This document shows, piece by piece, positions 47,140 through 56,121 of a stretch of DNA of 64,000 bases. The DNA is from Patescibacteria group bacterium (GTDB lineage Bacteria; Patescibacteriota; Minisyncoccia; Phycocordibacterales; Zambryskibacteraceae). Position 1 is the stretch's first letter. Every line of letters begins with the position of its first letter. The position numbers were made by a program, and so were the translations under genes. Location of the stretch: NCBI GenBank assembly GCA_004322205.1, contig SCSN01000008.1, positions 18,370 to 82,369 on the forward strand. Reading direction: 5' to 3'. The notes beneath the pieces were generated by a model, which saw only the letters and a program-made list of their open reading frames with translations, had not been told where the DNA came from and did no database searches.

Positions 47140-49262
47140 ATTTTTTGCTTGCGAAGCAGTATAGCATTGAATGCCACAATGACGGTAGATAACGACATGA
47201 ATATCGCCGCCACTGCCGGCTCTAGAATGATTCCCTTGAATGCCAGCGCCCCTGCCGCAAGCGGCAACGCCACTATGTTATAGCCTGTTGCCCAGAAGAG
47301 GTTTTGGAGCATTTTTGAGTAGGTGAGTTTGGAGAGACGAATGATTTTTGGAATATCTCGGGGATCGCTTTTGACAAGTATGATGCCTGCTGATTCTATG
47401 GCAACATTGGTGCCAGCGCCGATGGCAATACCGAGGCTCGCTTGGGTGAGGGCGGGCGCATCGTTGACACCATCGCCCACAAATGCCACCTTGGCGCTCT
47501 CTTTCTGAAGAAGTTTTACCTTTTCGGATTTCTGGTGCGGCAGGACCTTGGCAAAGTATTGGTCAACGCCGAGCTCTTGTGAGACCCACGCCGCCACGTC
47601 TTCGGAGTCGCCAGTAACCATCGCCACCTTGATGCCAAGAGCCTTAAGGGAGCGAACTGCTTCTCGGGATTCCGGCCGGATAACGTCAACCAGCGCAATG
47701 CTTCCCGCCAGTTTCCCATCTACAACCACGTGAATCGTAGTCTTGCCTTGCTTTGTCAGTCCGGAGATTTTTGTCTGATGGCTGCTCTCGAGAGTGATGC
47801 CGAGTTCAGCAAGGAGTACGTCGCTTCCGACGAAAACCTTTTTGTCTCCCACATCAGCTTTCGCTCCCTTTCCGGCAAGGCGCTCGAAGTTTTTTATTGT
47901 CAAATTTCCTATTTTTCGCGCCGCCGCCTCTGAAACGATGGCTTTGGCAATGGGATGTTCCGATTCTCGGTTGACTCCCGCGGCATAACGCAGCACTTCT
48001 TCTTCAGGAAAACTATCAGCAGAAATTATAGCGTCAACTCCAAACTCTCCGCGGGTCAAAGTTCCTGTCTTGTCGAAGAGAACAGTGTCAACATTCCTGG
48101 CTGCCTCGAGAGCCAGGCGTTGCCGAACCAAGAGACCGTTTCGCGCCGCCATGGTGGTTGAGATTGAAGCTACTAGTGGAACCGCGAGCCCCAGAGCGTG
48201 GGGGCAGGCGATAACCAGCACCGCGACAAGGCGCTCGGTGGCAAAAACAATCCCTGCTTTAGCGAGAATCCAGAGAATAAAAGTGAGTCCTCCGGCGGCG
48301 ACGGCAACAACAGTCAGGTAAAATGCTGCCCGATCAGAGAGAATCTGGAGACGCGATTTGCTGGCCTGCGCTTCCGCCACCAGCCGCATGACGCCGGCAA
48401 GAAAGGTGTGCTCTCCGATTTTGCTGACCGAAATCTTGAGACTGCCGTCACCGTTTATTGCTCCAGCAATGACCTCGTCGCCGACCTTTTTGGGTACCGG
48501 CTTCGACTCCCCGGTAATTATAGATTCATTGAGTTCCGTTCTCCCCTCGATAATTTTTCCGTCGGCTGGTACTTTGCCTCCCGGTTTTACCATAACCAGA
48601 TCTCCGATAGTAAGTTCTGAAAGGGGGACAATCACAGTCGAGTTACCGCGGATAACCTCTGCAGTATCCGGCAGAAGCTTTGCCAGCTCCTTTAGGGCAC
48701 CCTGGGCTCCCGCGACCGCTCTCATTTCAATCCAGTGGCCAAGGAGCATGATGCCAATCAGAGTCGAAAGCTCCCAGAATAGATTGTGCGGTGAGCCGCG
48801 CAACACCTCAAAGACACTGAAAAGATAGGCGGCGGAAATGGCAAGGGCAATCAAGGTCATCATCCCCGGGAGACGTGCTTTTAGTTCGCGATATGCGCCA
48901 ATGATAAACACCCATCCGCCGTAGAAGAAAACAGCCGAGCCGAGAGCAAGGATGAAGAGACTTGAACCGCGAAAGATTGGCGCTTGCCAACCGAGGACTT
49001 TTTCCGAAAGCTCCGAGTAGGCAAGAATGGGTATGGTCAGTATGGCAACAACCCAGAATTTCTTTAAGAAATCCTGCGTTTTATGCCCGGCGTGCTTGTC
49101 GTGAGAGTGGTCTTTCTCTTTTTTATTTCTTCCTTCCGTTGGTACAAGGTTCATTCCGCATTCGGGGCAGATGCCGGGTGTTTCTCGTACAATTTCCGGA
49201 TGCATCGGGCAGGTATATATCTTCTGTTCTCCGGAATTCTTGTCGTTGTGATTGTGATTCAT
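47136..49262 (-). CDS. Copper-translocating P1B-type ATPase (CopB-like)
   Basis: YTCPMHPE..CPECGM, His-rich N-terminus, TGES, CPHALGL, DKTGT, GDGVND. Confidence 0.93.
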   Translation of the reverse strand: MNHNHNDKNSGEQKIYTCPMHPEIVRETPGICPECGMNLVPTEGRNKKEKDHSHDKHAGHKTQDFLKKFWVVAILTIPILAYSELSEKVLGWQAPIFRGSSLFILALGSAVFFYGGWVFIIGAYRELKARLPGMMTLIALAISAAYLFSVFEVLRGSPHNLFWELSTLIGIMLLGHWIEMRAVAGAQGALKELAKLLPDTAEVIRGNSTVIVPLSELTIGDLVMVKPGGKVPADGKIIEGRTELNESIITGESKPVPKKVGDEVIAGAINGDGSLKISVSKIGEHTFLAGVMRLVAEAQASKSRLQILSDRAAFYLTVVAVAAGGLTFILWILAKAGIVFATERLVAVLVIACPHALGLAVPLVASISTTMAARNGLLVRQRLALEAARNVDTVLFDKTGTLTRGEFGVDAIISADSFPEEEVLRYAAGVNRESEHPIAKAIVSEAAARKIGNLTIKNFERLAGKGAKADVGDKKVFVGSDVLLAELGITLESSHQTKISGLTKQGKTTIHVVVDGKLAGSIALVDVIRPESREAVRSLKALGIKVAMVTGDSEDVAAWVSQELGVDQYFAKVLPHQKSEKVKLLQKESAKVAFVGDGVNDAPALTQASLGIAIGAGTNVAIESAGIILVKSDPRDIPKIIRLSKLTYSKMLQNLFWATGYNIVALPLAAGALAFKGIILEPAVAAIFMSLSTVIVAFNAILLRKQKI

Positions 49263-49268
49263 ATTTTT

Positions 49269-49691
49269 CTATCTTAAACTCCATTCAAATGAACGCAGAG
49301 GAATGCCGCCAATGTTTTTAATCTGCAGTTCTATACGCTCCGGCGGGGGATTGATTGAATTGAATCTTATCACCCCCCCTCTGTGGTGGCCGCCCGGTGG
49401 GTCGCCCTGCCAAGAGAGCGGCTTGTATTGTTTACCGTTTTCATCTATAAGAGTCGATGTGCTCACCAGATCTTCATTTAACTCTACTGAATGCGTGCTA
49501 AGTGTCACTTCAAAGTTCCAGAATTCTGCGCTTTTCGATATTTGTGGCTTTACTGTTATTGTTACGCCGCCCGCGTCGCTAGCTTGCGGTTCTAAAGTTC
49601 TTTCATCAATTGGCTCGGCGCTCCTGCGGGGGTATAGAGTAAGGGGAACCGTTGCGGCAATAAGAACTGCAATAATGAATAAGTATTTCAT
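49269..49691 (-). CDS. Hypothetical secreted protein
   Basis: Signal peptide, THSVEL, GGHHR. Confidence 0.72.
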   Translation of the reverse strand: MKYLFIIAVLIAATVPLTLYPRRSAEPIDERTLEPQASDAGGVTITVKPQISKSAEFWNFEVTLSTHSVELNEDLVSTSTLIDENGKQYKPLSWQGDPPGGHHRGGVIRFNSINPPPERIELQIKNIGGIPLRSFEWSLR

Positions 49692-50113
49692 GCTCTTAAA
49701 AACTTTCTAATTTTGTTTGTTATGTACCAGATGCCGAAAATATTGGCGGCAAGACCGACCCAGAAGAGCTCAATTTGGTATTGCCCGATAAATGAGATTA
49801 GTCCTGCAATGCCTACTACCGGCAGTATGTTTGCAAGATAATGAGCGCAGCAGGAAAGCGTGGCGACAGTTGAAGTTGTTCCTGAAGCAACCACTGCTCC
49901 CTTCGGCACGCTTCTTCGGATTGCGTTCTTGAGATAAGAGTAAAGGCCGATTTGTATGCCGAAGCCGAGAGTCAAACTCACAATGAAATACCAGAATCGG
50001 GTAAACTGCTCCAAGGCGAATGCCCAGCCTGAAATCAGGGTGACTACCGCAAAATAGAGGGCAAGAAGCGATAACGCCGCCAATATTCCTTTGAACGCTG
50101 ACTGGATTTTCAT
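49688..50113 (-). CDS. Hypothetical membrane protein with CCAH motif
   Basis: 4 TM segments; overlaps neighbours. Confidence 0.75.
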   Translation of the reverse strand: MKIQSAFKGILAALSLLALYFAVVTLISGWAFALEQFTRFWYFIVSLTLGFGIQIGLYSYLKNAIRRSVPKGAVVASGTTSTVATLSCCAHYLANILPVVGIAGLISFIGQYQIELFWVGLAANIFGIWYITNKIRKFLRA

Positions 50114-50985
50114 TAGACACTGCATCCGCTCCCTCCTCTCGGCTCACGATTCATCTGGTCTTTAAATTTTTGATACCCCGAAGCGCTTGAGTAAGTTGCG
50201 CTCAAAATCTGCTTCGGACTGGTTGTTTCCCAGCGTATGCCCCTGGATTTGAAGTACTCTCCCAGCGAGCGGTAAGTGTCGGGAAACCAAGCCGAATTGG
50301 CCGCAAGAGCTGCCTTGTACATCTCTTCTTCGCTTACATTTTGCGCTGACATCAGTTCAAGAAGCCCGAGCATTGCCATACCGTGATTGCAGTCTGGCAG
50401 ATGAGCGGGGTTGTTGCAGCAGGGGCGGTAAATTGTTCTGGCGAGTCGCTCGACGAGCGACTCCTGCTCGGCTGTGAGCGGTAAAAAGCGGTGTCTGCCC
50501 AAGTGCTCCATCGCGTCGCCTCTGGCAATTGTCCAGCCCGCTGTTGACGCCAGCCCTCCGGCGGTGTTTTTGTCGGCGAAGAAATTTTCTTCCAGCAGTT
50601 TGTTCTTCTGGCCAAGACCTAATGCCCAAAGAAAATTCAGTAAGATATCAGAATTTTCAGGATTTATTTCGACGTAAGCATCTTCATTTTGACTAAGTAA
50701 TTTAGCTGCTTCAGACAACCTTCCGCTTTGCCGATACAATTCTTCAAATTTTTTTCTGTCAATCACTCCAGCGCTCACCATTCTCTCTCCCAGATTCCTC
50801 AGCTTGATTGGCAGGACGTAGCTTTCCGCCGTTATTTTCTCCGGGGGCAGGCTCGCTGCTCCGTCTCCATTTCCACCGTAAACGTAGATTATTGCCCCGG
50901 CTATTAAGAGCCCCGACAGAATAATGCTTCCCGGCAGAGTGAGTTTATTCTCTGTCTTTATATTTTGCTCTTTATCCGACCCCAC
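50113..50985 (-). CDS. Hypothetical membrane-anchored protein with PCC...DCNHG motif
   Basis: RPCCNNPAHLPDCNHGMAMLG; C-terminal GSGCSV. Confidence 0.78.
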   Translation of the reverse strand: MGSDKEQNIKTENKLTLPGSIILSGLLIAGAIIYVYGGNGDGAASLPPEKITAESYVLPIKLRNLGERMVSAGVIDRKKFEELYRQSGRLSEAAKLLSQNEDAYVEINPENSDILLNFLWALGLGQKNKLLEENFFADKNTAGGLASTAGWTIARGDAMEHLGRHRFLPLTAEQESLVERLARTIYRPCCNNPAHLPDCNHGMAMLGLLELMSAQNVSEEEMYKAALAANSAWFPDTYRSLGEYFKSRGIRWETTSPKQILSATYSSASGYQKFKDQMNREPRGGSGCSV

Positions 50986-51239
50986 TATTTTTTGGTTCTG
51001 TTAAATAACTCGATGAATAGCCAGATTCCGAGCAGGGCAATAATGTTCCAGATAACTAGGCCGGAAATAAACGTCCCGAAGGTAAGAACGTTTTGACCAA
51101 TGTCAGTTTCTGTATGCAGGGCGTAGCGCATAAAGGCAGAACGGATGCCCGGGAAAAGCGCCACGCCTGCATAACAAATGGCGTAAACAATACTGATCCA
51201 AGCTAAACTCACTCTTAGAAGATGTTTGATGTTAATCAT
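50985..51239 (-). CDS. Small membrane protein (DUF5676-like)
   Basis: WISIVYAIC, ALH, 2-3 TM. Confidence 0.7.
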   Translation of the reverse strand: MINIKHLLRVSLAWISIVYAICYAGVALFPGIRSAFMRYALHTETDIGQNVLTFGTFISGLVIWNIIALLGIWLFIELFNRTKK

Positions 51240-51255
51240 GGTTTTATATTAACTG

Positions 51256-51660
51256 CTAACAACAATCCTTGAATTTGTCCTCGGAAGCCTTTCGCCGCAG
51301 GCGTCCGAGAACAAACATTACCGTTACCAGAGCGACCACCGAGAATAGAATTAACGCCTTCAGAGCGTCTTCGATAACGAGGAGATAAATTCCAGCCGAC
51401 CCTAAAACTACGAGAATTGTTTTCCAGAAAAACCCAAACTTAGAGCCATATTTTTCGGCGAGAGCCCCTAGGCTTGCCCCCGTAAGAATCGCGATGAAGA
51501 GAGGATCAACGGGTAAGTTTGTTGCGTAGAGAAGTAAAAGACCAACTAGCCAGGTTAGAGCGACTGCGGAGCATATAGGGCAGAATCTTAAAATATCCAG
51601 TTTATGGAGAATCCAGAAAAGTATCACTGACCCGATTAGAATTGCCAGAAGAATTGTCAT
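51256..51660 (-). CDS. Hypothetical membrane protein with CPIC motif and terminal CC
   Basis: FCPICSAV, KDCC. Confidence 0.75.
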   Translation of the reverse strand: MTILLAILIGSVILFWILHKLDILRFCPICSAVALTWLVGLLLLYATNLPVDPLFIAILTGASLGALAEKYGSKFGFFWKTILVVLGSAGIYLLVIEDALKALILFSVVALVTVMFVLGRLRRKASEDKFKDCC

Positions 51661-51664
51661 GATT

Positions 51665-52450
51665 TTAAAGAGACAAAATTATCAGCGCCAAAACAATCAT
51701 AAGAAACCCCGCAGTAATCTTCATTGATCTGTTGTTTGTTTTTTGGAACTCTCTAACTTTTTCCACGACAACTTTATTGCTCGCAACGGCAAGAATTACG
51801 ATAAGGGGAAGAATAAATACAAGGTTGTATATCAGAAGATAGCCAACACCGCTCCAATAAGTTCTGGTATCGTGAAGAAGGCCCAGAACGGCAAGGTACG
51901 GGCCTCCGGTGCAGGGGAATTCGCAGAGCCCTACCAGAGCGCCCAAGGCGAACATGCCGGGCAGTGTTGCTTTTTCCAAAAACACGTTCATCTTGGCGTG
52001 GGCGGCGTGGGGAATTCTGAAGTGGATGGGGAAGCTCGGGAATATAACTTCTAAAATATTAATTGCCCCGAAAATGACAAGGAGGACAGCGGCAAGCTTG
52101 GACATAAAGTGGGGAACGTTGAAAATGTGAAGAATCTGCAGTATTCCAAGCCCAATCAGGAGATAGACCGCGAATATCCCCAAAATATAAGAAACTCCAT
52201 ACTTGAAAATTCTTTCTCTAGTACTGCCCAAGCTGAAAAGAAAAATGATGCTTACGATGAGAACGGAGAAGGCGCAAGGATTGATGCTGTCAATCAGAGA
52301 GGAAACTATCACTAAAGGAAGAAGAAAAGTTCCGCCTCGGCTGACGTTCCAGAGCCACTCTGCGCCTCCGGGAAACTTTTGGAAAAGAAAGGCAAAACCG
52401 ATGACAAGAATTGCCGCTGCGGTTGCTAAAATTAGATTCCTCTTCTCCAT
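51665..52450 (-). CDS. CcdA/DsbD-like transmembrane protein
   Basis: DSINPCAF, LCEFPCTGGPY. Confidence 0.8.
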   Translation of the reverse strand: MEKRNLILATAAAILVIGFAFLFQKFPGGAEWLWNVSRGGTFLLPLVIVSSLIDSINPCAFSVLIVSIIFLFSLGSTRERIFKYGVSYILGIFAVYLLIGLGILQILHIFNVPHFMSKLAAVLLVIFGAINILEVIFPSFPIHFRIPHAAHAKMNVFLEKATLPGMFALGALVGLCEFPCTGGPYLAVLGLLHDTRTYWSGVGYLLIYNLVFILPLIVILAVASNKVVVEKVREFQKTNNRSMKITAGFLMIVLALIILSL

Positions 52451-52453
52451 AGA

Positions 52454-52954
52454 CTATGGGGTGACGTTTGCTCTGATGGTTACTGAAACGAGTTTTCCTT
52501 GAGAGCCTTCGAGTATTATCTCTCTTTCAATGGCTCCCACTCCTGCTGGACCGTGGGCGGTCGGGTCGAATTGAACTTCAATTGCAGCTTCGTCACCGGG
52601 CTTGAGTACTTGCTTAAATGTTGGGATAAATCCGTGCCCCAGCATACCAAAAGGCCCCTCGCTCTTATCGCCGACTATAAGTTTAGCCTCTGTGCACATG
52701 CAGGAGGTGTAGAGTTTGTTGAGAGTGATTTCTTTTGACGTTGGATTTTTTACTTTGAATGTTGTTTTTACGTTGCCGTCTTTCATTGAGATGGTTCCAA
52801 AGTCGTGGGAACTCCTGTCGGCCGCGAGCGCAGTTTCTGTTGAGGCACTGTTTCTATTGGGGAGGTTTTCATTCTGCGGACGAGCATAAATAAAAATAAA
52901 GGTGAGGATTGCAACCAGGACCAGCAGGTATATAAAAAATTTCTTTGATTTCAT
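52454..52954 (-). CDS. DUF1573 Ig-like domain protein
   Basis: HDFGTI, YTSCMCT, FDPTAHGP. Confidence 0.8.
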   Translation of the reverse strand: MKSKKFFIYLLVLVAILTFIFIYARPQNENLPNRNSASTETALAADRSSHDFGTISMKDGNVKTTFKVKNPTSKEITLNKLYTSCMCTEAKLIVGDKSEGPFGMLGHGFIPTFKQVLKPGDEAAIEVQFDPTAHGPAGVGAIEREIILEGSQGKLVSVTIRANVTP

Positions 52955-53223
52955 ATTTTCTTCTTTGCCAGTTTATAAACTCTCATTACTTCGCCAACCG
53001 CCCTTTTTGTCTTTCCGTGGCGCATTTGATGAACAACGTGAGTCCCGAGATGGTTTTCGAGAATGAGGTTTTCAACTCCAGACAACGCTTCACGAATGGC
53101 GCTCGATTGGGTAATAATGTCAATACAGTATTTCTCCCGATGGACCATGTTCTGGAGTCCTCTGACCTGACCTTCGATTATCCTAAGCCTTCTTAAAGCT
53201 TTCTTCTTTATCTCTTGCTCCAT
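52951..53223 (-). CDS. csoR: CsoR/RcnR family metal-sensing repressor
   Basis: RRLRIIEGQVRGL, YCIDIITQ, LENHLGTH. Confidence 0.88.
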   Translation of the reverse strand: MEQEIKKKALRRLRIIEGQVRGLQNMVHREKYCIDIITQSSAIREALSGVENLILENHLGTHVVHQMRHGKTKRAVGEVMRVYKLAKKKI

Positions 53224-53229
53224 GCGGTT

Positions 53230-53257
53230 ATTATACCCCCCGGGGGTATTTAGTCAA
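53230..53257 (-). promoter_or_regulatory. Promoter with CsoR-type operator in the spacer
   Basis: TTGACT-N16-TATAAT overlapping ATACCCCCCGGGGGTAT (53233-53249). Confidence 0.85.
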
Positions 53258-53284
53258 GAAAATTTTTTAGCCGCTGTGGATAAT

Positions 53285-53920
53285 TTAAAACTCTCTCGTT
53301 TCTCCTTCCTCTATGACGATGAATTGAATTTCTCGTGGTTCCAACAATTTTGCGGGATGTCGGTGCACGCCACCCCTTGATTTGAGATTGGCGTCATGTA
53401 CTGGAAAAGCTATCTTAGGAGAAATTTCTCTAGCATATTCAATAGCTTCGGAAATTTTTAGCCACGGTCCGGCCACCGGTAGAGCCAGAATCTCCACTTT
53501 TTTGCCCGGATTGTGAAAGGCGTCGCCGGGGTAAAAGAGCCGGTTTGCAATAAAATATCCTGTATTTTGTACTGATGGTATTTCAGAGTGAATCTCTGCG
53601 TGAATGTTACCAAATCCTTCAATCAGTACATCTTTTACTATGATACTTTCTTTGTCTTCAAGAAATTGGTAGCTGATCTTCTCGGGGTCAAGAAGCTTGG
53701 CAACGCCGTGGTTGGTAATGATTTTAACTTGCGGGTTTTTGGCAAGCACTTTCTTGAGAGATTCGATATGAATATGGTCTTGGTGCTCGTGGGTAATGAG
53801 AATGAGGTCAATATTTTCAACATCTTCCTGACCGGTGCTGTAATTGCCCGGATCTGTCAAAATCCGCAGATTGTTTTCTTCAATGAGAAGACAACAATGT
53901 CCGATTTTCGTGATTTTCAT
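53285..53920 (-). CDS. MBL-fold metallo-hydrolase
   Basis: GHCCLLI, TDPG, THEHQDH, YPGD, PVH. Confidence 0.9.
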   Translation of the reverse strand: MKITKIGHCCLLIEENNLRILTDPGNYSTGQEDVENIDLILITHEHQDHIHIESLKKVLAKNPQVKIITNHGVAKLLDPEKISYQFLEDKESIIVKDVLIEGFGNIHAEIHSEIPSVQNTGYFIANRLFYPGDAFHNPGKKVEILALPVAGPWLKISEAIEYAREISPKIAFPVHDANLKSRGGVHRHPAKLLEPREIQFIVIEEGETREF

Positions 53921-55674
53921 TATTTCTTTTCGGTAATTTCCTTCGTGACTTTTTTCAAGAGATTCTCTAGAGACATCTGTCCTAAGCTTTCCTTGTCTCT
54001 GGATTCAACTGTAACTTTTTTCGACTCTATCTCTTTGTCGCCAATCACTAACGCATAGGGGATTTTTTTAATTTTGAATTGGCGGATTTTTTTATTGAGA
54101 GTTTCGTCTGAATCATCGAGTTCGGCTCGAATGTTTTGATCAAGCAGAGTAGTGTAAATTTTCCGCGCGTATTCCTGATGCGCTCTTCCAATAGGAAGTA
54201 CTCGAATCTGTACAGGAGCGAGCCAAAGAGGGAAAGCGCCGGCGTAGTGCTCAATGAGAAAGCCGATGAAGCGCTCGTGGGTGCCGAGGGGGGCGCGGTG
54301 GATACAGAGAGGAGTTTTTTCTTTGTTATCTTTGTCAATATAGACAAGCTCGAAGCGGCGCGGCTGGGCAAAATCAACTTGATTAGTGGCGAGGGAAAAT
54401 TCTCTGCCAATGGCGCTCCAGACCTGAACGTCGATTTTAGGTCCGTAAAAGGCAGCTTCGTTTGCCACTTCAACATAAGGTATTTTTGATTTTCCAAGCA
54501 CTTTCCGCACCATATCTTCTGTTTTTTCCCAGAGTTCAGGCTCATTGACGAATTTTTCACCGAGCCGCGCTGGATCATGTGTGGAGAAGCGCATCAGATA
54601 CTTTTTTATGCCGAAAATCTCAAAGTAATGAAGATACATATCGTTGACTCGATTGAACTCGTCCTCAAACTGATCGGGAGTGAGATAAATGTGAGCGTCG
54701 TTCATCTGCAAAAATCTGACGCGCATCAACCCAAAGAGCTCACCAGATTTTTCGTGGCGATAAACAGTGCCGTATTCGGCAATCCTCAACGGTAAATCTC
54801 GGTAACTTCTTTGCTCTGAAGCGTAAATTTTGTGGTGATGCGGGCAATTCATCGCCCGCAGGTAGTATCTGCCGCCCTCAAGCTCCATGGGCGGAAACAT
54901 TGTGTCTTGGTAAAAGGGGAGGTGACCGCTCTTAAGATACATTGATTCTTTAGCAATGTGAGGAGTGCGAACACGAACGTAGCCCGCTTGAAGTTCGGTC
55001 TCTTTGGCAAGCTTCTCGAGTTCCTCAATAATGATCGCGCCGTTGGGAAGCCAAAGAGGGAGTCCCGGCCCCACGTCATCGTCGAAAGTGAAGATTTTGA
55101 GCTCTTTGCCTAGCTTGCGGTGGTCGCGCTTTTCAGCTTCTTCTTGCATTTTAATATGCTCATCAAGTTCTTCTTTAGTCTTGAAGGCCAGGCCGTAAAT
55201 ACGCGTGAGCATTTTGTTTTTCTCGTCTCCGCGCCAATAAGCGCCGGCAATGCGGGTGAGCTTGAAGGCGTCGGGGTTAATTTCCGCGGTGTTTTCAACA
55301 TGTCCGCCGCGGCAGAGGTCAGTAAAATTTCCGGAAGTATAAAGTGTTATCTTTTCTTTCTTTGAGATTATTTCGTCAATTAGTTCTTGTTTGTATTGAT
55401 TGTCTTTGAAAAACTCCCTGGCTTCTTTTTCGGTAACTCCTTTTCCTGAAAACTCCTTCCAAGTTTTGAGTATTTTTCTCATCTTCTTCTCAATCGTTGG
55501 GAGATCGGCGGAAGAAGACCCTCCCTCCGGCGGAAAGTCAAAGTCGTAGTAAAAGCCGTTTTCAATGGCAGGACCGATGGTATTTTTTGTCCCCGGGTGG
55601 AGCTCAAGCACAGCGGCGGCGAGAAGGTGCGCCAAAGAATGGCGAAGATACTCAAGATTTCCTGTCTTTTCCAT
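53920..55674 (-). CDS. thrS: Threonine-tRNA ligase
   Basis: RHSLAH, DLCRGGH, RDHRKLG, MNCPHH, FYGPKID. Confidence 0.97.
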   Translation of the reverse strand: MEKTGNLEYLRHSLAHLLAAAVLELHPGTKNTIGPAIENGFYYDFDFPPEGGSSSADLPTIEKKMRKILKTWKEFSGKGVTEKEAREFFKDNQYKQELIDEIISKKEKITLYTSGNFTDLCRGGHVENTAEINPDAFKLTRIAGAYWRGDEKNKMLTRIYGLAFKTKEELDEHIKMQEEAEKRDHRKLGKELKIFTFDDDVGPGLPLWLPNGAIIIEELEKLAKETELQAGYVRVRTPHIAKESMYLKSGHLPFYQDTMFPPMELEGGRYYLRAMNCPHHHKIYASEQRSYRDLPLRIAEYGTVYRHEKSGELFGLMRVRFLQMNDAHIYLTPDQFEDEFNRVNDMYLHYFEIFGIKKYLMRFSTHDPARLGEKFVNEPELWEKTEDMVRKVLGKSKIPYVEVANEAAFYGPKIDVQVWSAIGREFSLATNQVDFAQPRRFELVYIDKDNKEKTPLCIHRAPLGTHERFIGFLIEHYAGAFPLWLAPVQIRVLPIGRAHQEYARKIYTTLLDQNIRAELDDSDETLNKKIRQFKIKKIPYALVIGDKEIESKKVTVESRDKESLGQMSLENLLKKVTKEITEKK

Positions 55675-55748
55675 ATATCTATCGTAGCATACCCTCGCTT
55701 TTTACCAAGCGCGTGATAGGATGCCACTGGAACTAAACGGAGGCTCTA

Positions 55749-56090
55749 GTGCCGACTTATCAGTCTGTCGCCGAACTTGTTAACGACTTTGCGTTCAGGT
55801 TCGACTTCTCCCAGGAGGAAATGGACAGGATATTCGTTCAGACGCTGGCCACTAGCAGCGCGAAGGGTCCTGATGACCGCGCCTACGACAGCCGCGAGTC
55901 TGTCGAGAGTGGGTTGATCCAACTCCGGAGCGTTCTTCTGTCCTTTCTTGCCCCCGGAGTGGCGCGCAACTGGCTGCAGCAAGTCAGGCACGGCAATGAA
56001 AATATCACTGGCAAGGAGATGCTTCTTGCCGGCAGGATTGCCGAAGTTATTGCCATAGCTCTGTCGGCGCAAGCCAACCGCGGTTGGTGA
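55749..56090 (+). CDS. Hypothetical protein, C-terminus resembling MbcA/ParS/Xre antitoxin domain
   Basis: GGAGG SD; ARNWL...ITGKEMLLAGRIAEV; terminator hairpin 56089-56118. Confidence 0.6.
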   Translation: MPTYQSVAELVNDFAFRFDFSQEEMDRIFVQTLATSSAKGPDDRAYDSRESVESGLIQLRSVLLSFLAPGVARNWLQQVRHGNENITGKEMLLAGRIAEVIAIALSAQANRGW

Positions 56091-56121
56091 GGTCCCGTGC
56101 ATCTTGCGGGACCTTTTTCGT

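Noticed and set aside
46723-53260. Copper operon as a bounded mobile island
   Set aside because: No integrase, transposase or flanking direct repeats are visible.
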